Assembly (NCBI GenBank): GCA_963707915.1
Contig: OY970178.1
Span: 3,094,103 to 3,158,102 of the forward strand
DNA length: 64,000 nt
Reading direction: 5' to 3'
Source of the DNA: Candidatus Eiseniibacteriota bacterium
GTDB lineage: Bacteria > Eisenbacteria > RBG-16-71-46
Shown: in pieces, positions 1-9,521 of the stretch
How the letters are laid out: each line of letters begins with the position of its first letter
Numbering within the stretch: the stretch's first letter is position 1
The notes under the pieces: generated by a model
The model's input: the letters and a program-made list of their open reading frames with translations, nothing else
Databases searched by the model: none
Told to the model about the DNA's origin: nothing
Translations under genes and position numbers: made by a program

Positions 1-2
1 TG

Positions 3-152
3 GCCGACCAGCAGAAGCTGTTCCGACTGCTCGCGCCCGAGAGCGCGATCGGCGTGACGCTGACCAGCGCGTTCCAGCTGGTGCCCGAGGCGAGCACTTC
101 GGCGATCATCGTCCACCACCCCGAGGCCATGTACTACATGGTGCGGGAGTAG
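3..152 (+). CDS. C-terminal fragment of a methionine synthase (MetH reactivation/AdoMet-binding domain)-like protein; 5' end lies outside the window
   Basis: Frame-3 ORF ends at TAG 150-152. The tail ...SAFQLVPEASTSAIIVHHPEAMYY resembles the conserved C-terminal motif of cobalamin-dependent methionine synthase (ESFAMWPGASVSGWYFSHPDSKYY). Assignment is from memory only. Confidence 0.4.
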   Translation, partial: ADQQKLFRLLAPESAIGVTLTSAFQLVPEASTSAIIVHHPEAMYYMVRE

Positions 153-163
153 GGCGCCCCGAC

Positions 164-2905
164 CTACGCCTCGCGCGGCTCCGGCGCTTCCGGGTCGAGG
201 CCGTAGTCGCGGATGGCGGCCGCCACGGCCTCGGGCGCGACCTGCCCCTCGCGCGCCAGGGCGGCGAGCGTGGCCACGACGATGTGCTCGGCGTCCACCT
301 CGAAGTGCCGGCGCAGGGCCTCGCGCGTGTCGCTGCGGCCGAAGCCGTCGGTGCCGAGCGGGGTGAAGGAGCGCGGCACCCAGCGGGCCACCATGTCGGG
401 CACCGACTTCATGAAGTCGCTCGCCGCGATCACCGGCCCCGGCGCGTCGCCGAGCGCGGCGGTCACGTAGGGCACGCGCGGCGTCTCGAGCGGGTGCAGG
501 CGGTTCCAGCGCTCGACCGCGAGCGCCTCGTTGCGCAGTTGCTGGTAGCAGGTCACGCTCCAGACGTCGGCCGCGACGTCGTGGCGCTCCGCGAGCAGCG
601 CCTGCGCCCGCAGGGCCTCGCGCAGGATGACGCCGCTGCCGAAGAGTTGCGCGCGCTTCGTGCCGGCGCCGCCGCGGCGGAACCGGTACAGGCCGCGCAG
701 GATGCCCTCCTCCACGCCCTCGGGCATCGGGGCCATGGGGTAGTCCTCGTTGTAGAGCGTGAGGTAGTAGAAGACGTCCTCGCCCCGGGTGTACATGCGC
801 TCGAGCCCGTCGCGGACGATGACCGTCACCTCGTACGCCCAGGCCGGGTCGTAGGCGAGCAGGTTCGGGATGACCGAGGCGAGCACCAGGCTGTGGCCGT
901 CCTCGTGCTGCAGGCCCTCGCCGTTGAGCGTGGTGCGGCCCGCGGTGGCGCCGAGCAGGAATCCGCGTCCGCGCATGTCCGCGAAGGCCCAGGCGAAGTC
1001 GCCGGTCCGCTGGAAGCCGAACATCGAGTAGAAGATGTAGAAGGGGATCATCGGCTCGCCGTGCGTGGCGTACGACGTGCCCGCCGCGGTGAAGGCGGCC
1101 ATCGAGCCGGCCTCGTCGATGCCCTCCTCGAGCACCTGCCCGTCGGCCTTCTCGACGTAGGAGAGGTAGACCCTCGAGTCCACCGGCTCGTAGCGCTGTC
1201 CGCCCGCGGCGTAGATGCCGACCTCCTTGAACAGCACCTCGAGGCCGAAGGTGCGCGCCTCGTCGGGGATGATGGGCACCACCCGCCGGCCCCAGGCGGG
1301 GTCGTGGATCAGGTTGCGCAGCAGCTTCGCGAAGGCCATGGTGGTCGAGACCGCCTGGTCCCCGCGCGTGCCGGTGAAGAACTCGGCGAACACCGCGTCC
1401 TGCGGCGCCGGCAGCGGCCGGGCGCGCACGATGCGGCGGGGCAGGCAGCCGCCGAGCGCGCGGCAGCGCTCGACCATGTACCGCACCTCGGGGCTGTCCG
1501 GCCCGGGATGGTAGTAGGGCGCGTCCTTGAGCCGGTCGTCGGGGATCGGCAGCTGGAGCCGGTCGCGGAACTTGCGCAGCTCCTCCTCGTTCATCTTCTT
1601 CTGCTGGTGCGCGACGTTGCGCGCCTCGGTGGTGCCGCCCAGCGTCCAGCCCTTGACGGTCTTGGCGAGGATGACCGTGGGCTTGCCCTTGAAGCTCACC
1701 GCCGCGGTGTAGGCCGCGTAGAGCTTGTGGTAGTCGTGTCCGCCACGGCGCAGCTTCGTCAGCTCGTCGTCGCCCAGGTGCTCCACCATCTTGAGCAGCC
1801 GCGGGTCGCGCCCGAAGAACTTCTCGCGGATGTAGGCGCCGTTCTCGACGGAATAGCGCTGCCACTCGCCGTCCACGGTGTCGTTCATCGCCTCGACCAG
1901 GACGCCGTCGTAGTCCTGCGCCAGCAGCGGGTCCCACTCGCGGCCCCAGATGACCTTGATGACGTTCCAGCCGGCCCCGGTGTAGAGCGCCTCGAGCTCC
2001 TGGATGATCTTGCCGTTGCCCCGCACCGGGCCGTCGAGCCGCTGCAGGTTGCAGTTCACGACGAAGGTCAGGTTGTCGAGGCCCTCGCGGCCCGCCAGCG
2101 CCAGCCCGCCGGAGGCCTCCGGCTCGTCCGTCTCGCCGTCGCCGAGGAAGGCCCAGACCCGCTGTTGCGACGTGTCGGCGAAGCCGCGGGCCTGCAGGTA
2201 CCGGTTGAAGTGCGCCTGGTAGACCGCGTTGAGCGGGCCCAGTCCCATCGAGACCGTGGGGAACTCCCAGCAGCCGGGCATGAGCCGCGGGTGCGGGTAC
2301 GAGGACAGCCCGAGCCCGCCGACCTCCTGGCGGAAGTGGTCGAGCTGCTGCTCGCTGATGCGGCCCTGCAGGAAGCCGCGGGCGTAGATGCCGGGCGCGG
2401 CGTGGCCCTGGAAGAAGACCTGGTCGCCGGGCCCGTCGTCCTTGCCGCGGAAGAAGTGGTTGAAGCCCATCTCGTAGAGCGAGGCGCTCGAGGCGTAGGT
2501 CGCGAGGTGCCCGCCCAGGCCGGGGAACAGGTGGTTGGCGCGCAGCACCATGACCACGGCGTTCCAGCGGATGATGCGGCGGATGCGGTGCTCCATCTCC
2601 TCGTCGCCCTGGAAGACGGGCTCCTGCTCGGGGGAGATGGTGTTGATGTAGCGCGACTGCACCAGCCCCGGCAGGCCGATGTGCAGCATGCGCGCCCGCT
2701 TGAGCAGCTTGCGCATCAGGAAGTCGGCGCGCTCGGGTCCGTGCGCCTGGACGACCCCGTCCAGCGCCGCCGTCCACTCGCGGGTCTCCACCGGGTCGGG
2801 ATCCGGCAGCTGCCGCTTGAAGCCGTCCAGCTGGCCGAGCCGGTAGCTTTCGCCCGGCTGGAGCTCGTCGTGCTCGGTCAGCGACCCGTCGTCGGTGATG
2901 CCCAT
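164..2905 (-). CDS. aceE: pyruvate dehydrogenase E1 component, homodimeric type
   Basis: 914-aa product with the AceE-like N-terminus (DPVETREWTAALDGVV...FLMRKLL) and thiamine-diphosphate/transketolase-like motifs throughout. Start set to the internal ATG (MGITDD) at 2903-2905, because the upstream 64 codons of the ORF are Arg-rich junk. Confidence 0.9.
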   Translation of the reverse strand: MGITDDGSLTEHDELQPGESYRLGQLDGFKRQLPDPDPVETREWTAALDGVVQAHGPERADFLMRKLLKRARMLHIGLPGLVQSRYINTISPEQEPVFQGDEEMEHRIRRIIRWNAVVMVLRANHLFPGLGGHLATYASSASLYEMGFNHFFRGKDDGPGDQVFFQGHAAPGIYARGFLQGRISEQQLDHFRQEVGGLGLSSYPHPRLMPGCWEFPTVSMGLGPLNAVYQAHFNRYLQARGFADTSQQRVWAFLGDGETDEPEASGGLALAGREGLDNLTFVVNCNLQRLDGPVRGNGKIIQELEALYTGAGWNVIKVIWGREWDPLLAQDYDGVLVEAMNDTVDGEWQRYSVENGAYIREKFFGRDPRLLKMVEHLGDDELTKLRRGGHDYHKLYAAYTAAVSFKGKPTVILAKTVKGWTLGGTTEARNVAHQQKKMNEEELRKFRDRLQLPIPDDRLKDAPYYHPGPDSPEVRYMVERCRALGGCLPRRIVRARPLPAPQDAVFAEFFTGTRGDQAVSTTMAFAKLLRNLIHDPAWGRRVVPIIPDEARTFGLEVLFKEVGIYAAGGQRYEPVDSRVYLSYVEKADGQVLEEGIDEAGSMAAFTAAGTSYATHGEPMIPFYIFYSMFGFQRTGDFAWAFADMRGRGFLLGATAGRTTLNGEGLQHEDGHSLVLASVIPNLLAYDPAWAYEVTVIVRDGLERMYTRGEDVFYYLTLYNEDYPMAPMPEGVEEGILRGLYRFRRGGAGTKRAQLFGSGVILREALRAQALLAERHDVAADVWSVTCYQQLRNEALAVERWNRLHPLETPRVPYVTAALGDAPGPVIAASDFMKSVPDMVARWVPRSFTPLGTDGFGRSDTREALRRHFEVDAEHIVVATLAALAREGQVAPEAVAAAIRDYGLDPEAPEPREA

Positions 2906-3119
2906 GGAGCTTCGTCCCCTTCGAGTGTGTGCCGCAGTCCCGTCCCCGATTCGATGCGGCCCGCGCCGTCCCGACTCACGCTCCGGCCGCGCCAGCAGGA
3001 TAGCGCAGCCGCCCTCGCCAGGTGAACGGCAGAGCCGCACGGAGGGCCGGTGCTCGAAAGGTGTGGCGCGGGGGCGTCTGCCGGCGCCCCCGCGCATCCC
3101 GCGGCCCCGCCACGCCGGC

Positions 3120-5483
3120 CTAGGACGTCAGCGGCTGGTGCCGGTCGAGGGCCTCGCGCAGCTTCTGTGCGATCTGCTGGATCCGGTAGGGCTTGGCCAC
3201 GAAGCTCATCGCGCCCGCCTCCATCCACGAGGACTGGCTCTCGACCGTGGCGTAGCCGCTCGCGATGACCACCGGCAGGGCCGGCCGCAGCCTCCGCACC
3301 TCGTGCAGGACCCGTTCCCCCGAGATGCCCGGCAGCGTCAGGTCGAGCAGCATCACGTCCACGTGCGGCTCGCCCAGGCGCAGGATCTCCAGCGCCTGCT
3401 CCCCGGTCTCCACCGCCACCACGTCGAACCCGCGCTGCTGCAGGCCCGTGCGCGCCAGCGCCCGCAGGCTCGGCTCGTCGTCCACCACCAGCACGGTCTC
3501 GTGGCCGCGCGCGGTCGCCGCCGCCGGCACCAGCAGCGGCGCCTCGTCGGCCGTGTCCACCGGGAAGACCGCCCGGAACGCGGTCTCGTCCGGGCCCGCC
3601 GCGGTCACCAGCCAGCCCCCGTGGGCCCGCATGATGTCCTCGACGATGGTGAGCGTGAGCCCGGCCCGGTCGGGCGCCGGCTCCACCGCGCGACGCGTCC
3701 GGCGGCCGGGCGTCGTGTTCAGCTCGAGCGTGACGGCGTGGCGCGGCTCGCCCGCGCCGAGCGCCTCCTCCGGGGGGCGCGCCTGCTCGACCAGGCGCGT
3801 CGCCAGCGTGAGCGTGCCGCCCGCGCCGATCCGGTCGCGCACCTCCTGCACGAGGTTCACCAGCACCTGCTGGAGCAGCAGCGAATCGCCCAGCAGCAGC
3901 GGCAGCTCCGGCGCCAGCCGCAGCGTCAGCGAGGCGGACGGGTCGAGGGCGCTGCGCAACACCTCGTAGGCGTCCTCGATCACCCGGTTCAGGTGGAGCG
4001 GCAGCCGCTCGAAGCGCGCACTGCGGCTGAACTCCAGCAGCGCCCGGGTGAGGCGCGATGCCCGCTCGGTGGCGCCGACGATCTGCGCCGCCGCCTCGTG
4101 CCGCGGATCGGGCTCGGGGCTCTGCTCGAGCAGCAGCGTGCCGAAGCCGAGGATGGTGCCGAGCAGGTTGTTGAAGTCGTGCGCGACCCCGCCCGCCAGC
4201 CGGCCCATGCTCTCCATCTTCTGCGCCTGCGTGAGCCGGCGTTGCATCACCCAGCCCGCCGTGATGTCCTCCGCCGTGAGGACGCGTCCCACCACGGCCC
4301 CGCTCGCGTCGTGCAGCGGCCCGGTGTAGGTGCGCAGCACGCGCAGGGGCTCGTGCAGCTCGGCGACGTACTCCTCGGCCTGGTCGCTGGTGAGCCGGGG
4401 GACGGACTCGCCGGCCCCGCCGCCCTGCAGGAGCCGCAGCAGGTCGGGCGTGGTCCGCGCCAGCGGGGTGCCCGGCCGGACCGGCTCGTCGAGCCGCAGC
4501 ATCTCGGCCAGGCGCCGGTTGCACAGGGCCACCTCCGCCCGGCCGCGCCGCAGGCGCGCCACCAGCACGCCGGTGGGGATCGCGTCGAGGATGTGGCGCA
4601 GGTGCGCGCGCGACTCGGCCAGCTCCTGCTGGAGCGCGTGGCGGGCGCTCAGGTCCTCGATGAATCCCTGCGCCCGGTCGGCCCACGTCTGCTCGCCGCG
4701 CACCGGGACCACGTGGTTCACCAGGTGGGGCAGGTCGCGGCGGTCGCGGTGCACCCCGGTGAAGTGGATGTCGAAGGGCAGGCCGGCGGCGACCCCGGCG
4801 CGGAACTCCGCACGCACCCGCTCGCGGTCCCCGGGGTGGGCCAGCTCGTCCCACGCCCCGTGGCGCCGCAGCAGCTCCGCGGGCTGGTGCCCGAAGAGGC
4901 GCTCGACCGCGGGGCTCACCTCGATCAGCCGCTCCTCGGGCAGCGCCATGGTCCAGGCCACGCCCGGCAGCGCCTCGGCGGCCGCGCGCTGCAGGCCGTC
5001 GGCCGCGCGGACGGTGGCGCGCGCGCGCAGCGCGGCGGTGGTGTCGTGCAGGTGCAGGAGCATGCTCCCGTCCGGCAGGCGCAGCGCCTCGACCTGGCAC
5101 TGGAGCGGCTGGCCCTCGAGGTCCGTCAGCGTGACCTCGTCGCGCAGCGGGCCCGCGCCGTCGGCCAGCCGCCGGGGAACGTCCGCGTCGCCGAGCACCC
5201 GGGCCAGCAGCGCGGACTCGAGCACCGAGCGGCCGCGCAGGCGGCCTTCGGGCAGGCGGAGCAGGCGGTCCGCGGCGGCGTTCACCATCCGGACGATGAA
5301 GTCGGGCCCGAACAGGATCATCGGGTCCGCCGTGGCCTCGAAGAACGGCGCGAGCGCGGGGTCGGCGGCGGGGGGGCCGCCGCCGCTCTCGCCGGGGGAC
5401 GGATGGCGCGCGGGCGGGAGCCCGACGATCAGCGGATGCGCGGCGAGGAAGTGCCAGGCGGACCGCACTCCGGTGGATCTCAT
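3120..5483 (-). CDS. hybrid sensor histidine kinase with PAS domains, HisKA/HATPase_c core and C-terminal receiver domain
   Basis: PAS-like repeats, an H-box (GGVAHDFNNLLGTILGF), a HATPase region and a receiver domain (VLVVDDEPSLR...DVMLLDLTLPGISG...). N-terminal start is uncertain. Confidence 0.8.
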   Translation of the reverse strand: MRSTGVRSAWHFLAAHPLIVGLPPARHPSPGESGGGPPAADPALAPFFEATADPMILFGPDFIVRMVNAAADRLLRLPEGRLRGRSVLESALLARVLGDADVPRRLADGAGPLRDEVTLTDLEGQPLQCQVEALRLPDGSMLLHLHDTTAALRARATVRAADGLQRAAAEALPGVAWTMALPEERLIEVSPAVERLFGHQPAELLRRHGAWDELAHPGDRERVRAEFRAGVAAGLPFDIHFTGVHRDRRDLPHLVNHVVPVRGEQTWADRAQGFIEDLSARHALQQELAESRAHLRHILDAIPTGVLVARLRRGRAEVALCNRRLAEMLRLDEPVRPGTPLARTTPDLLRLLQGGGAGESVPRLTSDQAEEYVAELHEPLRVLRTYTGPLHDASGAVVGRVLTAEDITAGWVMQRRLTQAQKMESMGRLAGGVAHDFNNLLGTILGFGTLLLEQSPEPDPRHEAAAQIVGATERASRLTRALLEFSRSARFERLPLHLNRVIEDAYEVLRSALDPSASLTLRLAPELPLLLGDSLLLQQVLVNLVQEVRDRIGAGGTLTLATRLVEQARPPEEALGAGEPRHAVTLELNTTPGRRTRRAVEPAPDRAGLTLTIVEDIMRAHGGWLVTAAGPDETAFRAVFPVDTADEAPLLVPAAATARGHETVLVVDDEPSLRALARTGLQQRGFDVVAVETGEQALEILRLGEPHVDVMLLDLTLPGISGERVLHEVRRLRPALPVVIASGYATVESQSSWMEAGAMSFVAKPYRIQQIAQKLREALDRHQPLTS

Positions 5484-6060
5484 GACGAGCCTCGCGAGTG
5501 TCGCGACCGGCGCGTGCGAGCCGGTGCGAGTCGTTGGATGCTTTCACCGACGGAGAGCGCGGTCAAGAGGTCCCCGTGGGCCCGTCGGGCGGGCGCGCGA
5601 TGCGCCCGCCCGCGGCGGTCGTCCGGCCCGCACCCGCGGGCCTGCGGGTTCCCACTCGCACCGTCTCCGTATGACTGCGTATGCCACTCTCCTCAGTGAT
5701 ACGGAACCAGCGTATCGGATGCACGAATTCTCCCATCGTAGCGCGTTTCGAGCGCGGATTTCCTTGACGCGGCTCGGGCCGCTGCATAGTGTCCGCCATC
5801 CGCGGACGGCGTTCATCCTCACGAGGCTCGTGGAGACGCGCGTCGGTCGCGGCCAGCGCGCGCGCCGGACCTGGATGCCGAAGGCCGCCCGGTCCGTCAC
5901 CCTTGCGCGCGGGTGCGTGCATCCCTCGTTCACATCCGCTGGCACTCCGGGGACGGCGTCCGGGTCCGGCTGTCGGGCCGCATCGCCGCAACGCCAGCCG
6001 CACCGGCCGCGCTCGGACGAGCGCGGCGCCGCGGCTCATCTCGGGAGGAGGCAGGAACCG

Positions 6061-8289
6061 ATGCATCGTCACGATCCCCGCGGGGGCCGCGTGCCCCATC
6101 CCGCGGCCATGGCGGCAATCCTGGCAGCGGGTCTGGCGCTCGCGGCCGTGGCCCCGGTGCTGGCGGCCGAGGCCGGGCCCCGCGCCGCGTTCTCCGACAC
6201 GACCCGGCCGGTGGTGTTCCTCAAGGAGACCCTGGTGACCGGCGCGCGCTACCCGCGCGCCTACTTCGAGTCGCCGCAGTCGCTCTCCTTCGTCAACGCG
6301 CAGCAGTTGCGCGAATCGGCGCCGCTGGTCCTCGGTGACGTCCTCTCGACCATCCCCGGCGTCGAGAGCAACAAGGACAGCCCCTGGGAGCAGCGCCCGT
6401 CGATCCGCGGCCTCACCGGCCAGCGCGTGCTGGTGCTGGTGGACGGCACGCCGATGAACAGCGTGCGTGGCAACGGGCCGCACCCTTCGCTCGTCGATCC
6501 TTCCCAGGTGGAGCGGATCGAGGTCGTGCGGGGCCCGTCGTCCGTGGCGTACGGCTCCGACGCCATCGGCGGCGTGATCAACATCATCACGCGCGAGCCG
6601 CGCTTCACCGGGCCGGACCAGGTCCTGCGCGGTTCGGCGAACATCGGCGGGGGCTTCAGCGGTCTGCCCGAACGGAACGGCTCGCTCGAACTCTCGGCCC
6701 GGATGCAGAAGCTCTCGGGAATCATCGCAGGCAGCGGCCGCAGGAGCGACGACTTCAGGAACGCCGACGGCACGGTCCCGCATTCGAGTTTCAGCGACTG
6801 GAACGCGCTCGCGAACCTGCGCTACGACCTCACCGACCGTCTCGCGCTCAAGGGCGGCTACCAGTTGTACCGCGCCAGCAAGGTCGGCATCCCCGGGCTG
6901 GACGTCACCGTGCCGGGTTACTCGCAGATCTTCCAGTTCAAGAACTATGACCGCGACTTCGCCCACCTGGCGCTCGACCATCAGTATGCCGAGTCCTCCT
7001 GGCTGTCGACCACGCACATCAAGACCTACTGGCAGCGGGAGAACCGCGACTTCTACTCGGACATCGGCATCGCCATCCCGATGGGCCCGGGGATGAACGG
7101 GCACCTGGCGCTCGCCAAGGACCGCATCCTCGACCTCAACACCTACGGCCTGCAGGTGCAGATGACGTCGCGGAAGACCGCGCTCTACCGGTTCAGCGCC
7201 GGGGTGGACGCGTCCCGGGACATCACCGGCGGGATCAACTCCGAGCTGCAGACGATGACGACGCCGTTCGGCGACCCGCCCCCGTCGATCGATACGTCCG
7301 GCTCGGTGCCCGTCGGTCGTTTCGACAACTACGCGGGGTTCGCACAGGGCGAGTTCTTCCTCGGGCGGCAGTGGACGCTGAACGCGGGCGGGCGCTACAC
7401 GCACTACCGCTATCGCACGGACCGCACGTTCATGGAGCACGCGGCGGTCGCGGGGGAGCCGGACTTCTACTTCGAGCCGCAGAGTCGTGACGACGACGCC
7501 CTGTCGGGCTCGCTGGGGCTGGTCTACACGCCGGTCGCGGACCTTCACCTCACGGCGAACGTGGCGAACGGCTATCGCGAGCCGAACGCCCAGGACCTGT
7601 TCTTCAGCGGGCCGGGTTCGGTGGGGTTCGTGGTCGGCAACCCGGACCTCAAGCCCGAGCGGAGCGTCTCGTACGACCTGGGCCTGCGCTGGGGGCCGCG
7701 CACGCTGGCCATCTCGGGCAACGTCTTCTACTCGACCTTCAAGGACCTGATCAACGCCCTGCCAACGGCGCCGCCGCCGGAGGCGAAGGGTGAAAACACC
7801 TACCGCTACACGAACATCACTACGGCCACGATGTGGGGCGGCGAGGCCGAGGCCGAGTGGCGCTTCCACCCGCAATGGACGGCGCGCACCGGGATGTCCG
7901 GCACGGTGGGTGACATCACCAACCGCGCGGCGATCCTCGAGATCTACGGCGTCAGCGCCGACCGCGTGCCGCTGGAGCTGGTGCCGCCCTTCCGCGGGCT
8001 GGCCTCGCTGCGCTGGACGGAGCCCGCGCGCCGCTTCTGGGCCGAGGTGGGGGCCCGCTATTCCTGGCGCACGAACCGCCTGCCGCCGGTCACTCCCGGG
8101 GCGGAGCAGCTCACCGAGTACAAGAAGGAGTGGATCGTCGGGGACGTGGCTGCCGGGGCCCGCTTCGACACCGGGCAACGCGTCGTGCTGGGCGTGCGGA
8201 ACTTCACCGACCTCCGCTACCGGCAGGCGCTGGGCTCGGTCGTGGAGCCGGGCACGACCTTCTACTGCTCGCTGAGCAGCGACTTCTAG
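6061..8289 (+). CDS. TonB-dependent outer-membrane receptor
   Basis: ATG at 6061 preceded by GGGAGGAGG. Signal peptide, plug-domain motifs (RIEVVRGPSSVAYGSDAIGGVINIITR) and a beta-barrel ending ...TFYCSLSSDF. The upstream 577-bp leader is non-coding. Confidence 0.85.
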   Translation: MHRHDPRGGRVPHPAAMAAILAAGLALAAVAPVLAAEAGPRAAFSDTTRPVVFLKETLVTGARYPRAYFESPQSLSFVNAQQLRESAPLVLGDVLSTIPGVESNKDSPWEQRPSIRGLTGQRVLVLVDGTPMNSVRGNGPHPSLVDPSQVERIEVVRGPSSVAYGSDAIGGVINIITREPRFTGPDQVLRGSANIGGGFSGLPERNGSLELSARMQKLSGIIAGSGRRSDDFRNADGTVPHSSFSDWNALANLRYDLTDRLALKGGYQLYRASKVGIPGLDVTVPGYSQIFQFKNYDRDFAHLALDHQYAESSWLSTTHIKTYWQRENRDFYSDIGIAIPMGPGMNGHLALAKDRILDLNTYGLQVQMTSRKTALYRFSAGVDASRDITGGINSELQTMTTPFGDPPPSIDTSGSVPVGRFDNYAGFAQGEFFLGRQWTLNAGGRYTHYRYRTDRTFMEHAAVAGEPDFYFEPQSRDDDALSGSLGLVYTPVADLHLTANVANGYREPNAQDLFFSGPGSVGFVVGNPDLKPERSVSYDLGLRWGPRTLAISGNVFYSTFKDLINALPTAPPPEAKGENTYRYTNITTATMWGGEAEAEWRFHPQWTARTGMSGTVGDITNRAAILEIYGVSADRVPLELVPPFRGLASLRWTEPARRFWAEVGARYSWRTNRLPPVTPGAEQLTEYKKEWIVGDVAAGARFDTGQRVVLGVRNFTDLRYRQALGSVVEPGTTFYCSLSSDF

Positions 8290-8312
8290 CTCCGCGCGTC
8301 ACCGAAAACGGA

Positions 8313-8353
8313 GGGGGCGCCTCGCAGGAGGCGCCCCCGCTCGTTGTTTTGTC
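8313..8353. terminator. bidirectional intrinsic terminator between the convergent TonB-receptor and cytochrome genes
   Basis: Perfect 10-bp GC stem GGGGGCGCCT/AGGCGCCCCC (8313-8322 / 8329-8338) with a 6-nt loop, followed by TCGTTGTTTTGTC. The opposite strand also carries a T-rich tail (TCCGTTTTCGGTG). Confidence 0.6.
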
Positions 8354-8388
8354 GGAGCCGTCGCGCCACGCGTCGGCGCGACGCCCTG

Positions 8389-9477
8389 CTACCGCTTGAG
8401 CTTCGGATTGCTCATCGCCCGCTGCGCGTGGGCGGCCGTGAGCCCCTCGGTCTTCGAGTCGGCGCCGCTGATGAAGTTGATCGAGGACTGCAGCAGCCCC
8501 ACGATGTACTTCGGATTGTGCACGCCGTGGCTGCGGTCGTCCTGGACCAGGATCAGGTTGTACACCGCGCCGGCCGAGTCGGCCGACGTCTTCACGGCCG
8601 CCGGCGTCGCGGGGCCGCTCGCATTCGCCGTGACCAGGTTCGCGGCGACCAGGCGCGTCTGCAGATCCAGGATCAGGGCGTCCACCTCGTCCTGCGAGCG
8701 CCCGCTCCCGGCGCCGACCTCCGCGAAGTCGCCGATCTCGCCGTGGCACTTCAGGCAGGCCTCGGTGTTGAGGACCTCCCCGCCGTTCAGCTCGTAGGCC
8801 ATGTTGAACGAGTGTCCGCCCACGACGTTCTGGAGCGTCGTCCGCATGTGGCAGTCGAGGCAGCCGTCGGTGGTCGCGGAGCGGTGGTTCGTCCGCTCGT
8901 AGGTGTAGCCGGCGTACTCGTAGCCGTTCGAGCCGATCAGCATGTCACCCTGTGGGCCGTGGTGCGGGCCGAAGCGGTTGCTCAGCGTGGTCCGCGCCGG
9001 AGCGGCGGCGATGTAGGTGCGGATGTCGCGCCGCGAACGGTGGCAGGCCAGGCAGAGGTTGCCGCCCTTCAGGTCGTAGGTCGCGCCGTTCATCAGCGTC
9101 GCGACGGTCGTCCAGCGCACGCGGAAGTCGCCGTTGGTGTGGGGCGCGTGGCAGGTGAAGCAGTGGATCGACGTCGGGTTCTCGACCACGTCGGCGATCG
9201 GGGCGCCGGTCGCGCGGGCCACGAAGCCCTCGCTGGTGTGGCAGCCCTTGCAGTCGCCGTCCTTCTCGTTGAGGGTCTCGCCGCTCGCGTGCTTGGAGTG
9301 CTCCCACTGCTGCACCGCGGCCACCAGGAACGTGCTGGTGTCGGAGTGGCACTCGAAGCAGCTCTGCGGTCCCGCCACCACCTGCTGGACGCGCGTGATG
9401 TTGCGCGAACACGCGGCGAGCGCGAGCCCGAGCACCGCGATCGCCGCCAACGCCATGAGTCTCTTGAACGCCACCAT
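8389..9477 (-). CDS. hexaheme c-type cytochrome, probable outer-membrane lipoprotein
   Basis: Start MVAFKRLMALAAIAVLGLALAACS (lipobox LAAC) with GGAGGAGG upstream. Six CxxCH motifs (CFECH, CKGCH, CFTCH, CLACH, CLDCH, CLKCH). Confidence 0.8.
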   Translation of the reverse strand: MVAFKRLMALAAIAVLGLALAACSRNITRVQQVVAGPQSCFECHSDTSTFLVAAVQQWEHSKHASGETLNEKDGDCKGCHTSEGFVARATGAPIADVVENPTSIHCFTCHAPHTNGDFRVRWTTVATLMNGATYDLKGGNLCLACHRSRRDIRTYIAAAPARTTLSNRFGPHHGPQGDMLIGSNGYEYAGYTYERTNHRSATTDGCLDCHMRTTLQNVVGGHSFNMAYELNGGEVLNTEACLKCHGEIGDFAEVGAGSGRSQDEVDALILDLQTRLVAANLVTANASGPATPAAVKTSADSAGAVYNLILVQDDRSHGVHNPKYIVGLLQSSINFISGADSKTEGLTAAHAQRAMSNPKLKR

Positions 9478-9521
9478 CTCCGTGTCCTCCTCCGTGGTTG
9501 GCAACTGTCGCCTGGTCCGGT

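Noticed and set aside
5700-6060. Possible cobalamin riboswitch ahead of the TonB-dependent receptor
   Set aside because: Could not find the B12-box-like consensus elements (AGGGAA...GGUG..AA.UCC / GCCACUG) by eye. Only vague GAAGGCCG-type resemblance. Left as an open question in the findings rather than a feature.
5563-8178. 871-aa ORF antisense to the TonB-dependent receptor. Similar long antisense or alternate-frame ORFs occur at 2878-5547, 15356-18379, 15586-19290, 27492-31529, 42040-44220, 43383-45590, 46218-48587 and 46804-49062.
   Set aside because: Arg/Ala/Gly/Pro-rich low-complexity translations with no domain signatures, overlapping well-supported genes on the other strand or frame. 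Typical shadow ORFs in about 70% GC DNA.
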